Shown in pieces: positions 1 through 10,581 of a stretch of DNA of 64,000 nucleotides (its first letter is position 1; each line of letters opens with the position of its first letter). The notes under the pieces were generated by a model. The model was given only the letters and a program-made list of their open reading frames with translations. It did not search any database and was not told where the DNA came from. The DNA lies in NCBI GenBank assembly GCA_030648005.1, contig JAUSIP010000001.1, forward strand, positions 6,662 to 70,661, read 5' to 3'. The position numbers and the translations under genes were made by a program. This stretch comes from a bacterium (GTDB taxonomy: Bacteria; Patescibacteriota; Minisyncoccia; Phycocordibacterales; UBA12445).

Positions 1-1709
1 GCGGTCAAGAAAATAGTGATGAAGTCCTCCTCCTTAGTATTCAAGTCCATCACACCTACACCACCTCGCTTTTGCGCGCGATACTCACCCGGATCTGTCC
101 TCTTAATATACCCACCTGAGGTCAACACTAGCACCGACTCTTCGTCAGGTATCAAGTCCTCCTCACTAATATCTTGAACTCCACCCTTGACCACCCTAGT
201 CCTTCTCTCATCGCCGTACTTCTCCTTTATCTCGGCAAATTCATCTCTGATAACCTTCAATATCTTCGCCGGACTCGCCAAGAGTGCCCGAAGTTCTTTG
301 ATAAGTTCCTGTATAGCATTGAGCTCATCTTCGATCTTCTTTCTTTCGAGTCCTGCCAAGCGCGCGAGCTTCATCTCAAGGATGGCGACCGCCTGAATGA
401 CGGAGAATTTGAACGCCTTGATCAAATTAGCAGATGCCTCGGGAGTGTCCTTAGACTTCTTTATTATTTTTATTATCTCATCTATGTGGTCGAGCGCCTT
501 CTTGAGTCCGAGCAAAATATGCTCTCTCTCGAGCGCCTTTCTAAGATCAAACTCTGTTCTTCTTCGGACAACTATCTGTCTATGCAAAAGGAACTCTTCA
601 AGAATACTCTTCAAAGAAAGAACCTTCGGTATACCGTCGACAAGCGCCAGCATGTTGTAATTAAATGTCTGCTCAAGATCTGTGTACTTATAGAGCGCAT
701 TAAGAACCTTCTGCGGATAAGCTCCGGACTTGATGTCGACAACAACTCGAACATCTTTAGTGGACTCATCTCGGATGTCTCTAATCCCTTCAATCTTCTT
801 CTCTCGCACTAAGTCAGCCATCCTGATAATCATCTCGGCCTTATTGACTTGGTACGGTATGGAAGTGATAACGATCTGGAAGTTGTCGTTCTTGGTCTCA
901 ACGATCTCCGCTTCGCCACGACACACAACACCACCACGTCCTGTCGCGTATGCATGACTTATATCCTTATCGTTATAAACTATTCCGGCAGTCGGGAAGT
1001 CAGGACCTTTCACAAACTTGCGCAGATCTTCATTAGTAGCATCTTTATTCTCCGACAAATAAGCCAGCGCATCCATCACTTCACCGAGATTGTGTGGAGG
1101 AATCTTGGTCGCCATACCGACAGCGATACCGAGCGTGCCATTCAAAAGAAGATTCGGAGTTGCAGCCGGAAAGACTGATGGCTCCTTCCTAGTGTTGTCA
1201 TAGTTTGGCACGAAGTCTACGGTCTCCTTCTCTATATCCTTAAGCATCTCAGATGAGATCTTGGCCATCTTAGCCTCTGTGTATCTATAAGCAGCGGCAC
1301 TATCGCCGTCGTTGGAACCGAAGTTACCTTGGCCGAAGACCAGCGGGTAGCGGGTAGAGAAGTCCTGTGCTAGCTTAACCATCGCATCATAAACCGAAGA
1401 GTCGCCATGTGGATGATAGTGACCAAGCACATCTCCGACGATCATCGCTGACTTCCTAAACTTCGCACTGTAAGTAAGTCCGAGACCGTGCATAGAGTAC
1501 AGGATCCTTCTGTGAACAGGCTTCAAACCATCGCGCACATCCGGCAAGGCTCGAGAGACGATGACAGACATCGCGTAGTCCAGATATGACTTCCTCATCT
1601 CCGGCACTATATCTATCGGCACAATCGATCGCCCTACCGCGAGAACCTCTTCCGGTGTCAGCGGTCCGCCCTTGCCCTTATTATCGTTTTTTGAATTTTT
1701 ACCGGCCAT
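1..1709 (-). CDS. gyrA: DNA gyrase subunit A (5' part; runs off the window start)
   Basis: Manual translation from ATG at 1709: [48 protein letters not shown] (catalytic Tyr), and GyrA-box QKRGGVG near nt 60. Confidence 0.97.
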   Translation of the reverse strand, partial: MAGKNSKNDNKGKGGPLTPEEVLAVGRSIVPIDIVPEMRKSYLDYAMSVIVSRALPDVRDGLKPVHRRILYSMHGLGLTYSAKFRKSAMIVGDVLGHYHPHGDSSVYDAMVKLAQDFSTRYPLVFGQGNFGSNDGDSAAAYRYTEAKMAKISSEMLKDIEKETVDFVPNYDNTRKEPSVFPAATPNLLLNGTLGIAVGMATKIPPHNLGEVMDALAYLSENKDATNEDLRKFVKGPDFPTAGIVYNDKDISHAYATGRGGVVCRGEAEIVETKNDNFQIVITSIPYQVNKAEMIIRMADLVREKKIEGIRDIRDESTKDVRVVVDIKSGAYPQKVLNALYKYTDLEQTFNYNMLALVDGIPKVLSLKSILEEFLLHRQIVVRRRTEFDLRKALEREHILLGLKKALDHIDEIIKIIKKSKDTPEASANLIKAFKFSVIQAVAILEMKLARLAGLERKKIEDELNAIQELIKELRALLASPAKILKVIRDEFAEIKEKYGDERRTRVVKGGVQDISEEDLIPDEESVLVLTSGGYIKRTDPGEYRAQKRGGVGVMDLNTKEEDFITIFLT

Positions 1710-1721
1710 TGATTTAATATT

Positions 1722-2024
1722 TTACTTTGCACCTAACTTATCATTCATGTCCATCAACTCACTCTGAACCGACCGCCAAACGGCAGTCATATTTGTACTA
1801 AGCCTAGTAAACAACGACGGGGCGTCTGACTTCTTATCGATTACTTCAGTCAAACCACTGGTATCACTATTTAATGCCAATGGGGTCATGTTGTTAGAAA
1901 AATTCCAAACACCAAAAATGCCGATTATCAGACCGAGGGAGACGGTACTATGCAAAAGCATCTTCCGTCTTTGTTCTACCGGCTTCTCCCGCATCTTATC
2001 CATAAAATTATGTAATCTTTGCAT
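1722..2024 (-). CDS. Hypothetical single-pass membrane protein
   Basis: 100-aa ORF with one hydrophobic segment, co-oriented with gyrA. Confidence 0.7.
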   Translation of the reverse strand: MQRLHNFMDKMREKPVEQRRKMLLHSTVSLGLIIGIFGVWNFSNNMTPLALNSDTSGLTEVIDKKSDAPSLFTRLSTNMTAVWRSVQSELMDMNDKLGAK

Positions 2025-2055
2025 CTTTTTTAGTTCTTATGCTTATACTAATCCC

Positions 2056-2709
2056 TTATACTATTGGTGACAACAAAATAACTTCTCCTTCTTTCCCCTC
2101 AAGATCTTTCATTTTAATCGTCAACTTATCCAGAGGCGACACGTTCTCTACTCCGGACTCCTTCAAGAAAGATGCGACAGCAGTCTTAGACACGCCGTTG
2201 ATATCGTGCTGCATTGGGATGACAATCTTCGGCTCGAGTAAGTTTACCAGCTTACTAGCATCTGAAGCGTTAAGTAATTCGTCAGCTGGCGAACTGCCGG
2301 TAATCGGCACAAATAGTATATCTATTGCTCCAAGTTCCTCCTTAACTTCTGGTTTTATATCTAGAACATTTAGCGCACCGACGTGACATAAATTTATGTC
2401 ATCAAAAACTACAGAATAAATAGTGTTCATCTTCTTAACTTCATTGATAGTTTGCTCCACCAAGAAACCCTTCACATAAATCCCCCCAGCCTCATACTCA
2501 CCTGGACCGTCTATAACGAAGAGTTCTCGACTCCCGCCGGAGACATTGGAGACACCATTATAGTTCTTGTCATTCATGCTTATAATGGCGATATCAGAAG
2601 AGAATCTGGTTGATTTAAAATCTGAATCCTTAGACACAGGGTTAAAAGCGATGACCACATCGCCCAACTGAACCTTAAAACACCCTATCCCATGATAAGA
2701 AATAACCAT
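2056..2709 (-). CDS. Metallo-beta-lactamase-fold protein (Lactamase_B_3-like; metal ligands degenerate)
   Basis: ISYHGIGCFKV start, IDGPGEYE, CHVG, IDILFVP, PKIVIPM motifs. Confidence 0.8.
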   Translation of the reverse strand: MVISYHGIGCFKVQLGDVVIAFNPVSKDSDFKSTRFSSDIAIISMNDKNYNGVSNVSGGSRELFVIDGPGEYEAGGIYVKGFLVEQTINEVKKMNTIYSVVFDDINLCHVGALNVLDIKPEVKEELGAIDILFVPITGSSPADELLNASDASKLVNLLEPKIVIPMQHDINGVSKTAVASFLKESGVENVSPLDKLTIKMKDLEGKEGEVILLSPIV

Positions 2710-2723
2710 ATGTACCTATTATA

Positions 2724-2782
2724 GTCCCGATTTTGATCTAAGTCAAAACCGGGATCCTCGATTCGATGAATCGAATCGGGAC
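2724..2782. repeat. Twin-hairpin TCCCGA...TCGGGA palindromic element
   Basis: 2750-2782 is the exact reverse complement (33 bp) of 53662-53694. Confidence 0.85.
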
Positions 2783-2840
2783 AAAATTTTTATAAAAGAA
2801 AAAGCCCCCAAGACGGGGGCGGGCGGGGCGACTGATGACT

Positions 2841-3308
2841 TCATATGTAGTCTTCAATATTGTCGAGCCAAAAGTTGCTAACACCGCTCTGTTTCTGACG
2901 TTCGATGCGTTCGGCTTCGTTGAGTACAATAATCATCTCTCTACCGGCAAGAGTCAGCCTGACCGGGGAATAAAGTGCATAAGAAAGCAAACTTACAGCA
3001 GTAGCAACTTCTGCCACCTCAGCCTGCGATTCGGTCAGACAGGCAGAATGCCGGAGCTTCCGACAAAACTTCTTGCCTTCGAATATTCGGTCAACCATAG
3101 ATGATCTGATTATCAGAAAATCTTTCGCCGGGTAAAGCTCAAAGAGACGAAGTAGTGTCCCACGAAGATATATCCTAGCCTTGCGATCCCAAAAATTCAT
3201 CTCCCTCTCGGCAGTTTTACAATGTGAGTAGCCATACTTCTTTACATAACCGACAAATATTGAACGCATATCGCGGAGAGTTCGATTATCTCCCACCCCC
3301 AACTTCAT
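2841..3308 (-). CDS. Hypothetical protein (ORFan cassette)
   Basis: 155-aa ORF, AGGAG SD upstream, GC hairpin plus U-tract downstream (~2797-2820). Confidence 0.65.
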   Translation of the reverse strand: MKLGVGDNRTLRDMRSIFVGYVKKYGYSHCKTAEREMNFWDRKARIYLRGTLLRLFELYPAKDFLIIRSSMVDRIFEGKKFCRKLRHSACLTESQAEVAEVATAVSLLSYALYSPVRLTLAGREMIIVLNEAERIERQKQSGVSNFWLDNIEDYI

Positions 3309-3391
3309 AACACACTCCTTTATATATCTTTACAAAATTCTCAAGAAGCAAGCGAGTCTAGTTTGAAACTAACACAAATAACTCACAGAGT

Positions 3392-5389
3392 CTACTTCGT
3401 CTTGAACTCGTACACACCTTCCCAAGTAGCAGGCGGATGTTCGATGAAGTAAAGTGCACGCTCATTAAGTAACCTCGTTGGGCCGTCGTTTAACTTTTTT
3501 AAAATATCTTCTGTAATCTTCTTAACCTCCTGCCAATCGCCGTTGTAATAAAATCTTCGAGCTTTCTCAAAGTCAGACAAGATCCCCTTCACAGCCTCTT
3601 CCTTCTCTCTCTCGACAACTTCGAAGATCGTGACCGGCAATTTCTTACCTTTAACCTTCACTCTATCCAACTCTCTTATCAAGATCTTCTCTTTCTCTAT
3701 CAGTTCGGCCGGCAGATGATCAAAAGTATGCTGGCTAATAATGATATGCACCCCATAAGTCTTAGTCTGGCCTTCAAGACGCGAAGCGAGATTCACAGTA
3801 TCTCCCATCACAGTGTAGTCAAACTGCTGTTCCGAACCCATATTACCAGCAATCACCTTACCTGAATTCAAACCGATACCTATATCAATAGCCGGATCAC
3901 CTTCTGATACACTCTTCTCATTAAACTTTTTTAGCGCAGTCACCATCTCTAGCGAAGTCAGAACTGCATCCACAGCGTGCATTTTATTGGTAAGTGGAGC
4001 ACCCCAGAAGGCCATAATTGCATCGCCGATATACTTGTCTACAACCCCCCGCTTTTTTAGAGCAATGTCAGTCATTACAGTAAGGTACTTATTTAAGAAA
4101 TGTACCAGCTGTCCGGGAGTGAGGCCTTCAGAAAGATTTGTGAATCCGCGAACATCGGAGAAAAATACAGTGGTCTCTTTCTCGTCTCCGCCAAGCTTAA
4201 TCTTAGACGGATCGCGGAGCATCTCTTCCAGAATATCCCTAGAAACATATTTAGAGAAAAGATTACGCAGGTGATTCTTCTCTTTCTCAACAGTAAAATA
4301 ATGATAGGCGAAAGAGACCAATGAGCCGGAGATCCAGGCCAAGTTAATGTGCACAATGTTCGCAACCTGACCCTCGCCAAAAAGGTAGATGATCGCGACA
4401 TTGTAAAAAATACCCAAGACAACATTTACTCCGAGAGCTTTCCATGGCCGTTCACTAAAAGAGAATAGAAGTGCCGGCAATAATGTGGCAAAAAATATCC
4501 AGAACTCAAGCCAGCCCTCACTGATCGGAGCAAGTTTATAATCCTGCAAGATCATGTTTGCGATCTCCGCCTGGATCTCCACTCCACTCATAGCTGTGCC
4601 TCGCGAGAATGGTGTCGGCTTCTCATCATGCAAATCCGCTGCAGTAGAACCTATAAAAATAATTTTGTTTAAGAGTGGTAGATCAATATTTCCTTCATAA
4701 ACTTTCCAGAAAGGCACCATTGGGAATGATCCGGGCGGACCGGCGAATACGATCCGCTCAATACTCTCTTTGGGGTATGAATTTCTATGGCGAAGTCCGG
4801 CCGACTCGACAGTTTTCAATCCTAACGCCTTATTGATCACCGAACTGTCCGCGATCTCTATCCAAAGTGGAACCCTACGCACTACACCATCACGGTCAAG
4901 TATTAGGTTCACATGTGCCGGCGCAGTTAGAGATACATCAGTTATAATTTTCAGATTTTTCACCAGTGGCGCACCTCTCTCTACAAATGCATGCAAGCCG
5001 TCGATATTCACACTGGTAAATTCAACCGGCATTACCAATGGATATTTCAAACCCTCCATAGCCCTCACAAGAGCCCAATCATCTGCCTCTCCTATACGCG
5101 AAGCCTCCGGAAAGATCACATCTAGACCCACAGACTTCGGCTTATACTGCTCCAGATTGGAGAGTGCCTTAGCAAACACAGCTCGAGGCCACGGCCATTG
5201 GCCGATCTTCTGGATAGATTCGTTATCTATACCAATGATAACTATATCTTTATTAATCTCCTTTTTACTGAAGAGAATATCCTCGAAGAACTGCTCTATC
5301 CCCGAGAAAAGTCCGGCACGAAAAGAGCCGACCAGGATTAAGCCGAGAAATGAGTTTAAAAAATAAAAAAATAATTTTTTCCTATTCAT
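3392..5389 (-). CDS. CHASE2-domain class III adenylate/guanylate cyclase
   Basis: GQWPWPR, DRDGVVRR and GVEIQA (CHASE2); 3 TM helices; FSDVRGFT, DKYIGDAIMAFWG, GDTVNLASRLEG, VKGK. Confidence 0.95.
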   Translation of the reverse strand: MNRKKLFFYFLNSFLGLILVGSFRAGLFSGIEQFFEDILFSKKEINKDIVIIGIDNESIQKIGQWPWPRAVFAKALSNLEQYKPKSVGLDVIFPEASRIGEADDWALVRAMEGLKYPLVMPVEFTSVNIDGLHAFVERGAPLVKNLKIITDVSLTAPAHVNLILDRDGVVRRVPLWIEIADSSVINKALGLKTVESAGLRHRNSYPKESIERIVFAGPPGSFPMVPFWKVYEGNIDLPLLNKIIFIGSTAADLHDEKPTPFSRGTAMSGVEIQAEIANMILQDYKLAPISEGWLEFWIFFATLLPALLFSFSERPWKALGVNVVLGIFYNVAIIYLFGEGQVANIVHINLAWISGSLVSFAYHYFTVEKEKNHLRNLFSKYVSRDILEEMLRDPSKIKLGGDEKETTVFFSDVRGFTNLSEGLTPGQLVHFLNKYLTVMTDIALKKRGVVDKYIGDAIMAFWGAPLTNKMHAVDAVLTSLEMVTALKKFNEKSVSEGDPAIDIGIGLNSGKVIAGNMGSEQQFDYTVMGDTVNLASRLEGQTKTYGVHIIISQHTFDHLPAELIEKEKILIRELDRVKVKGKKLPVTIFEVVEREKEEAVKGILSDFEKARRFYYNGDWQEVKKITEDILKKLNDGPTRLLNERALYFIEHPPATWEGVYEFKTK

Positions 5390-5398
5390 GACCTTATA

Positions 5399-6730
5399 CT
5401 ATCCGCGTCGTTCTCCATCATCCTCAAATTTAAGTAGGACCCTGAATACCGGCGTTTTGCCGGCTAGCTCTTTGTCACCACCCTTCCAGATAGCCATCAC
5501 GACTCCGGAACCTTCGCCCATTTCAGATATTTCAGGAGTAAGCTTGCCTACGAAAATCCCGCTCGCATCTATTGTTCCAATAGGACCCACAACCCTCCAA
5601 TCTACGGAACTTGTGACATCCTCCTTGCTTCCATCACTTAAAACAAGCATCGCCCTAAAGGCAATTTTCTGCTGTTCTGCAAAATCAGAGTTAATGAAAG
5701 TTCTCGACTCTATAATAAGATCAACAGGAGTACCTCGCCTACTTCTTATTATCCCCCCGATCGGACTATCTATTCTCTGTTCAACATTGTTCAATATCTC
5801 TTTCTTAATTTCCGCCCTCACCTCAGCTCTTACCTCCGCTTTTTTTACCGGTTCCGTAATCTTTCTCTCAACTATTTCTCCCACTCTCCTCTCTTCTGTC
5901 TTAATATTAATTTTGGTCTTCAATTCAGTCCGAACTTCTCTCAATGAATCTTTAAGTAACTCCTCACGCAGTTTTTCCCTCAGAACTCCACGTGACTTCA
6001 GATCTTTCACTTGAACTTCGATCTTAGTATCCTCAGACTCGTTGGCATTCAACCACTCTTGATCTCTAGGCACGATACCCGCGCCTGCGCTAGCCGGACT
6101 AACTGCAACGTCCACAGCGACAACCACCTTTTTATTGACTCTAATCTTCTCAACATCATCATTGGTCCACTCGACAAATTTGCCTTCACTTAGAATTATC
6201 GGTTCTTTGCCGACTCGTTCTCCGGTCTTAGGGTCTATTACCTGGAGAGCAACTGTATGTTGGGATCCAAACATCTTAGAGTGCCCTCCCTCCGAACTCA
6301 TACCAAAAGCCGTACCACGTACGGTCGCCACGGCGTTGGATGTCTTCACCTCCCAGACTGAAGCCGGTGTGGCAAGATCTATCACCTTAGACCAAACTTT
6401 CCCGACCGCCAGGCTAACTTTGACAGAAATAGCTCCGCTTGCTTTGTCGTAATTTCCATCATTCAAGGTGATTGTGGTGCCAGAATCCAAACGAAGCACC
6501 GAGCCGTCCAAGAAGTGCACCTTAGCCTCTCCATCGGTGCTTACTACGAGAGTTATCGGGTAGTCCAAACTGTCTCCACTTTTAAGACCAGAAACTTCCC
6601 CCTTAGTGATAGTTATCCACGGCTTTGTCGGAAGCTCTACAACGGGTGGAATCTCCTTTCCATCACCACCCACTAAAGACAGAAACAAAATAGGGATGAA
6701 TAAAACCGCTGCAATAAATATATTTTTCAT
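5399..6730 (-). CDS. Exported FecR-domain protein with C-terminal Ig-like region
   Basis: Signal/TM, DGSVLRLDSGT, VKTSNAVATVRGTAF; C-terminal DGSKEDVTSSVDW...GTIDASG. Confidence 0.85.
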   Translation of the reverse strand: MKNIFIAAVLFIPILFLSLVGGDGKEIPPVVELPTKPWITITKGEVSGLKSGDSLDYPITLVVSTDGEAKVHFLDGSVLRLDSGTTITLNDGNYDKASGAISVKVSLAVGKVWSKVIDLATPASVWEVKTSNAVATVRGTAFGMSSEGGHSKMFGSQHTVALQVIDPKTGERVGKEPIILSEGKFVEWTNDDVEKIRVNKKVVVAVDVAVSPASAGAGIVPRDQEWLNANESEDTKIEVQVKDLKSRGVLREKLREELLKDSLREVRTELKTKINIKTEERRVGEIVERKITEPVKKAEVRAEVRAEIKKEILNNVEQRIDSPIGGIIRSRRGTPVDLIIESRTFINSDFAEQQKIAFRAMLVLSDGSKEDVTSSVDWRVVGPIGTIDASGIFVGKLTPEISEMGEGSGVVMAIWKGGDKELAGKTPVFRVLLKFEDDGERRG

Positions 6731-6789
6731 TCATATAATATACTGCAACATTGCTCTCCTGCCAAGAGAGATGATATTATTCAATATAC

Positions 6790-7818
6790 ATGCTCGTGTT
6801 CGAACACCTCAGCAAGAGACTTATAGAACTGTTTGGGCTTTTGCTTATTGTCTTTCTGGTGACGAAATTTGTATCTGCATCCGGATTTCAATTCAATAAA
6901 AATTTAAACTTTGGATTAAGAAGTGATCCTGAAGTTATCAAACTACAAGATTTTTTAAGAAACTTAGGATTTTTTAATTTACCTACGTCTAGCGGAAACT
7001 ATTTCAATGTCACGGTCGATGCAGTTAAGAAATTCCAGCTCGCGAACAATATAAAGCCGATCAGCGGCTACTTCGGCCCGCTAACAAGAACACAAGCCAA
7101 TCGCCTATCGGGCACCCTAACTACAAACTTCCCGTCACCAACACCAATAACGCCAGTACCGATATCAGTCAACCGCTCCGCCACATCTACTTTCTTCGGA
7201 CAGATCGAGATCACCGACACAAATAATTCAGATAACATCAAAGACGAATATACAACCATACAGAACACCGGCACCACCAGCATAAGCATCACCGGCTTTA
7301 AACTCACAAACTCTCGCGGCGAGGAATTCCAAATACCTAAGGGACATAACCTACCAGGAATCTCAGCTGTTCCCCCAGACGAGATCATACTGAGGGGCAA
7401 TGATTCAGCCAAGATATTCATAGGTAAACAAGACCGGCATCTCGATTTTAGAGAGAATCTCTGTACCGGCTATCTTGATCAAGACAAAAGCTTCGGGGGT
7501 AAGATCTCGCGCAATTGCCCAGAACCAGACATCAATACTAATTTAAAACTACCCGACCACTGCATTCTAGTGTTCGAGGCCACTGGGTCTTGCCAGACAG
7601 TGGATCAATCCAGAATTCAAATAGCGGAATGTTTAGAATTTTCCGAAGCGCACTACAACTATCAGGGTTGTATTAAAGACTTTAAAAATAAAAGCAACTT
7701 TTTTAGCAGAAGATGGATAATCTGGATGCAAAGATCGAGCAAATTCTTGAGAGATATACACGACAAGGTCACCCTTTACGACAAAGATGGCAAAATCGTC
7801 CATGTCTTTACATATTAA
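6790..7818 (+). CDS. Peptidoglycan-binding plus lamin-tail-like domain exported protein
   Basis: VIKLQDFL...AVKKFQ...GYFGPLTR (PG_binding_1); EYTTIQNTG..ISITGFKL (LTD-like); Cys-rich C-terminus. Confidence 0.75.
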   Translation: MLVFEHLSKRLIELFGLLLIVFLVTKFVSASGFQFNKNLNFGLRSDPEVIKLQDFLRNLGFFNLPTSSGNYFNVTVDAVKKFQLANNIKPISGYFGPLTRTQANRLSGTLTTNFPSPTPITPVPISVNRSATSTFFGQIEITDTNNSDNIKDEYTTIQNTGTTSISITGFKLTNSRGEEFQIPKGHNLPGISAVPPDEIILRGNDSAKIFIGKQDRHLDFRENLCTGYLDQDKSFGGKISRNCPEPDINTNLKLPDHCILVFEATGSCQTVDQSRIQIAECLEFSEAHYNYQGCIKDFKNKSNFFSRRWIIWMQRSSKFLRDIHDKVTLYDKDGKIVHVFTY

Positions 7819-7855
7819 ATCTTTTAGGTATACTTAGGCACAACTCAATTATTAA

Positions 7856-7977
7856 AGGAATTTATAGATTTGAGTGCAGAACGAGGAGAAAGTGAGTACT
7901 GCGACGATATGTACTAAAAGTACATTGAGGAGTAGGCGGAACTTTCGACAAAGTTATGTGCCAAATATATAGATTCC
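7856..7977 (+). repeat. ~120-nt structured dispersed repeat, copy A (opposite orientation to B-D)
   Basis: Reverse complement aligns with 15670-15794, 17816-17934 and 33684-33807. Confidence 0.85.
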
Positions 7978-8037
7978 GCAAGTGCCAACCACCCGGGCAT
8001 CAAAGTAAACCAAGACGGGGACGGAAAATTAATCATT

Positions 8038-9135
8038 ATGGGTACAAAACTATCTGATACAGACGTAACAAGCTATCACTCAAGCTCAATGGAGCAATAC
8101 GCCAAGCACATAGCGGGCAGACCCGAAATGGGCGACTTAGTAGAGGCACCGGTCATCGGCATAGTGAAGCTTGCTCTATATGTAGATCTCAAGCCTTACG
8201 GTACAGGTGTTATTTATGGTAGAGAGTTCTTAAATGCCCGAGATGTGATCAAGAAGATCAACGTCGGCGATATCATCACAGCTAAAGTTGTGGAGACAGA
8301 AACACCGGAGGATGGCTATGTTGGGCTATCTTTGAAAGAGGCAAGACAGGCATTGGTTTGGGCCGAGGCCGAGAACTTGGTCAAAAATAAAACGGTTCTT
8401 GAGCTATCCATTAAGGATGCCAACAAGGGCGGTCTTATTCTCGAATGGCAGAATGTTGTTGGTTTCTTACCTGCATCACAGTTGAAGCCTGAACACTATC
8501 CTAGAGTCAACGACGGCGATAAGGATAGGATAATGATCGAGTTAAAGAAGTTGATTGGGCAGAAAATTTTTGTATCTATAATTGGAGCTAATCCTAAGGA
8601 GGGCAAACTAATCTTCTCAGAGAAGAGTGGGGCGCAAAAAGAAAGGACTGAGATGGTTGAGAAGTATACTGTTGGCGATACACTCGATGGTGAAGTTACA
8701 GGAGCTGTAGACTTCGGAATATTCGTTAAACTCGAAGATGGCCTAGAGGGCTTAGTACACATCTCCGAGATTGATTGGTCTCTGGTTGAGAACCCTAAGA
8801 AGCTCTTCAAAACTGGTGACAAAATTAAGGTTAAGGTCATTGAGATCAAAGATGGCAAGGTATCTCTGTCTATCAAGGCACTAAAGGAGAATCCCTGGAA
8901 AGCTGCGGAATCTAAATACAAAAAGGGTGCTAAAGTTACCGGTGTTGTTATCAAATACAACAAGCATGGTGCCCTAGTAAGCATCGAGGAGGGTGTAGCG
9001 GGTCTAGTACACATCTCAGCCTTTAACACAGAGGAGAAGATGAAGGAGAAACTCGAACTCGGCAAGTCATACAACTTCACCATCACACTCTTCGAGCCAA
9101 AAGAGCAGAAGATGACGCTGACACTAGTTGAATAG
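8038..9135 (+). CDS. rpsA: 30S ribosomal protein S1
   Basis: Four S1 repeats (GFLPASQL, FGIFVKL..GLEGLVHISEI, GLVHISAF). Confidence 0.92.
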   Translation: MGTKLSDTDVTSYHSSSMEQYAKHIAGRPEMGDLVEAPVIGIVKLALYVDLKPYGTGVIYGREFLNARDVIKKINVGDIITAKVVETETPEDGYVGLSLKEARQALVWAEAENLVKNKTVLELSIKDANKGGLILEWQNVVGFLPASQLKPEHYPRVNDGDKDRIMIELKKLIGQKIFVSIIGANPKEGKLIFSEKSGAQKERTEMVEKYTVGDTLDGEVTGAVDFGIFVKLEDGLEGLVHISEIDWSLVENPKKLFKTGDKIKVKVIEIKDGKVSLSIKALKENPWKAAESKYKKGAKVTGVVIKYNKHGALVSIEEGVAGLVHISAFNTEEKMKEKLELGKSYNFTITLFEPKEQKMTLTLVE

Positions 9136-9720
9136 ACTCATCGCCTTGTTGCGTCCTTCAGTAATGATGCACGAGACAGCTTCAATAATCTTTTTAGACT
9201 CTTTTTTAAGAAGGTCCAATTCTGCCTTCTTAAACTCGCCGAGTATTAACTTCTCCACATCAGCCTCCCCTACCGGTCTTTTTATTTTGCCTGATGGCGT
9301 CACTGGCGAGATACCAATCCTTATTCTTATAAACGCCTCAGTCTTGATATTTTGAATTATAGATTTAACACCATTGTGTCCGCCGGGACCTCTATTAAAA
9401 GAAATTCTAAAGCTACCGATTGGCAAGTCTAGATCATCATGTATTACTATCAATTCCTCAGCCGTTTTCTTCGAAGTTACTAACTTATTTAAACCCACAC
9501 CGGAATTATTCATGAAGTTATCCGGCCAAAGAAGAGTTAGCTTCTTGCTTCCTAATTTGCCGGTAGATATGAGTGACTTGGTCTTAACATCACTTTTCCA
9601 ATCTGCAAATTCTACATCAGAAGAGTTACGCAAAAATTCCGTAACAATCCGCCCGGTATTATGCCTCGTATTCTTATACTCTTCACCTGGATTTCCGAGT
9701 CCGACAATAATATATGACAT
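9124..9720 (-). CDS. pth: Peptidyl-tRNA hydrolase
   Basis: IVGLGNPG, TRHNTG, FMNNSG, HDDLD, GGHNG; start placed at MSYII. Confidence 0.96.
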   Translation of the reverse strand: MSYIIVGLGNPGEEYKNTRHNTGRIVTEFLRNSSDVEFADWKSDVKTKSLISTGKLGSKKLTLLWPDNFMNNSGVGLNKLVTSKKTAEELIVIHDDLDLPIGSFRISFNRGPGGHNGVKSIIQNIKTEAFIRIRIGISPVTPSGKIKRPVGEADVEKLILGEFKKAELDLLKKESKKIIEAVSCIITEGRNKAMSLFN

Positions 9721-9812
9721 AGGTTTATTTATATCACCTCCACAAATTCTTGGCAAAAAGAAATCCCCCACCTGGCTGGTGGGGGGGGCGGATGAACTAG
9801 GGCTGGTTGCTA

Positions 9813-10415
9813 CTAACCTTCATGTTCAGCCGGGATGGCATCGAGATCGTCGCCGTTCATGTTCGGCTTCGGCGGAATGGGGTACTTGCCAATCGAGAGT
9901 TCAGTATCCGTAATCGCCGACACGGGCTCGGCTTGGACTCCCGATGAAGGGGGTAGCGCGTACTTCTTGACGTAGAAGATCTGTTCGCCGGGGGTGTACT
10001 CATACTTGTCGAGCATGACCACCATCGGTTTCTCCTCGAAGACGACCCGATGATCGATATCCAACTCGTGGAGATTGGGACTGATCTCTCGCATCAAGGT
10101 CGAGATAACCTGACGCACCGGAATGTCCAGGCCGAACTCCTTCCAAATACGGCCGCCATCCGCCTTGACCACCCACTCCTTGAGGTTCAAGTAGTTGGCA
10201 CCGCGTTCGACCTGCTTCCACATGACGCGGAAGTAGTCGCCGGACCGCTGGAGCATCAAGTAGACGAAGTCCGACCGGAAGTCATGGTGACCTTGGAACT
10301 TCCGCACCCTGACCTCCAGACACATGACGGCCACCTTCTTGTCATCGGAGCCAGGTGGGACCATGTACTCGACCAGCGATGCAAGAGCCGAGGGCAGATC
10401 AATAGATGGTCTCAT
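9813..10415 (-). CDS. Hypothetical protein (GC-rich ORFan cassette)
   Basis: 200-aa ORF with AGGAG SD, visibly higher GC than flanks, terminator-like hairpin at ~9762-9789. Confidence 0.7.
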   Translation of the reverse strand: MRPSIDLPSALASLVEYMVPPGSDDKKVAVMCLEVRVRKFQGHHDFRSDFVYLMLQRSGDYFRVMWKQVERGANYLNLKEWVVKADGGRIWKEFGLDIPVRQVISTLMREISPNLHELDIDHRVVFEEKPMVVMLDKYEYTPGEQIFYVKKYALPPSSGVQAEPVSAITDTELSIGKYPIPPKPNMNGDDLDAIPAEHEG

Positions 10416-10581
10416 TGTCTTCTTCTCCTTCTCTACGCCTATTCTAGCGTAAGTTGGTTATTGTCTAGGAGCACACTTCTACCTACAAGTATAGCATATA
10501 TGAGATATTTGTCAATGGCCAGAAATCCGCCCAAATATCCCCTATTTGCATATAATCGATTTTTGTAGTAAAATAGGCGGA

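Noticed and set aside
174-1178. Plus-strand ORFs of 212 and 109 aa
   Set aside because: Antisense shadows of gyrA, which is absent from the ORF track only because it lacks a stop inside the window
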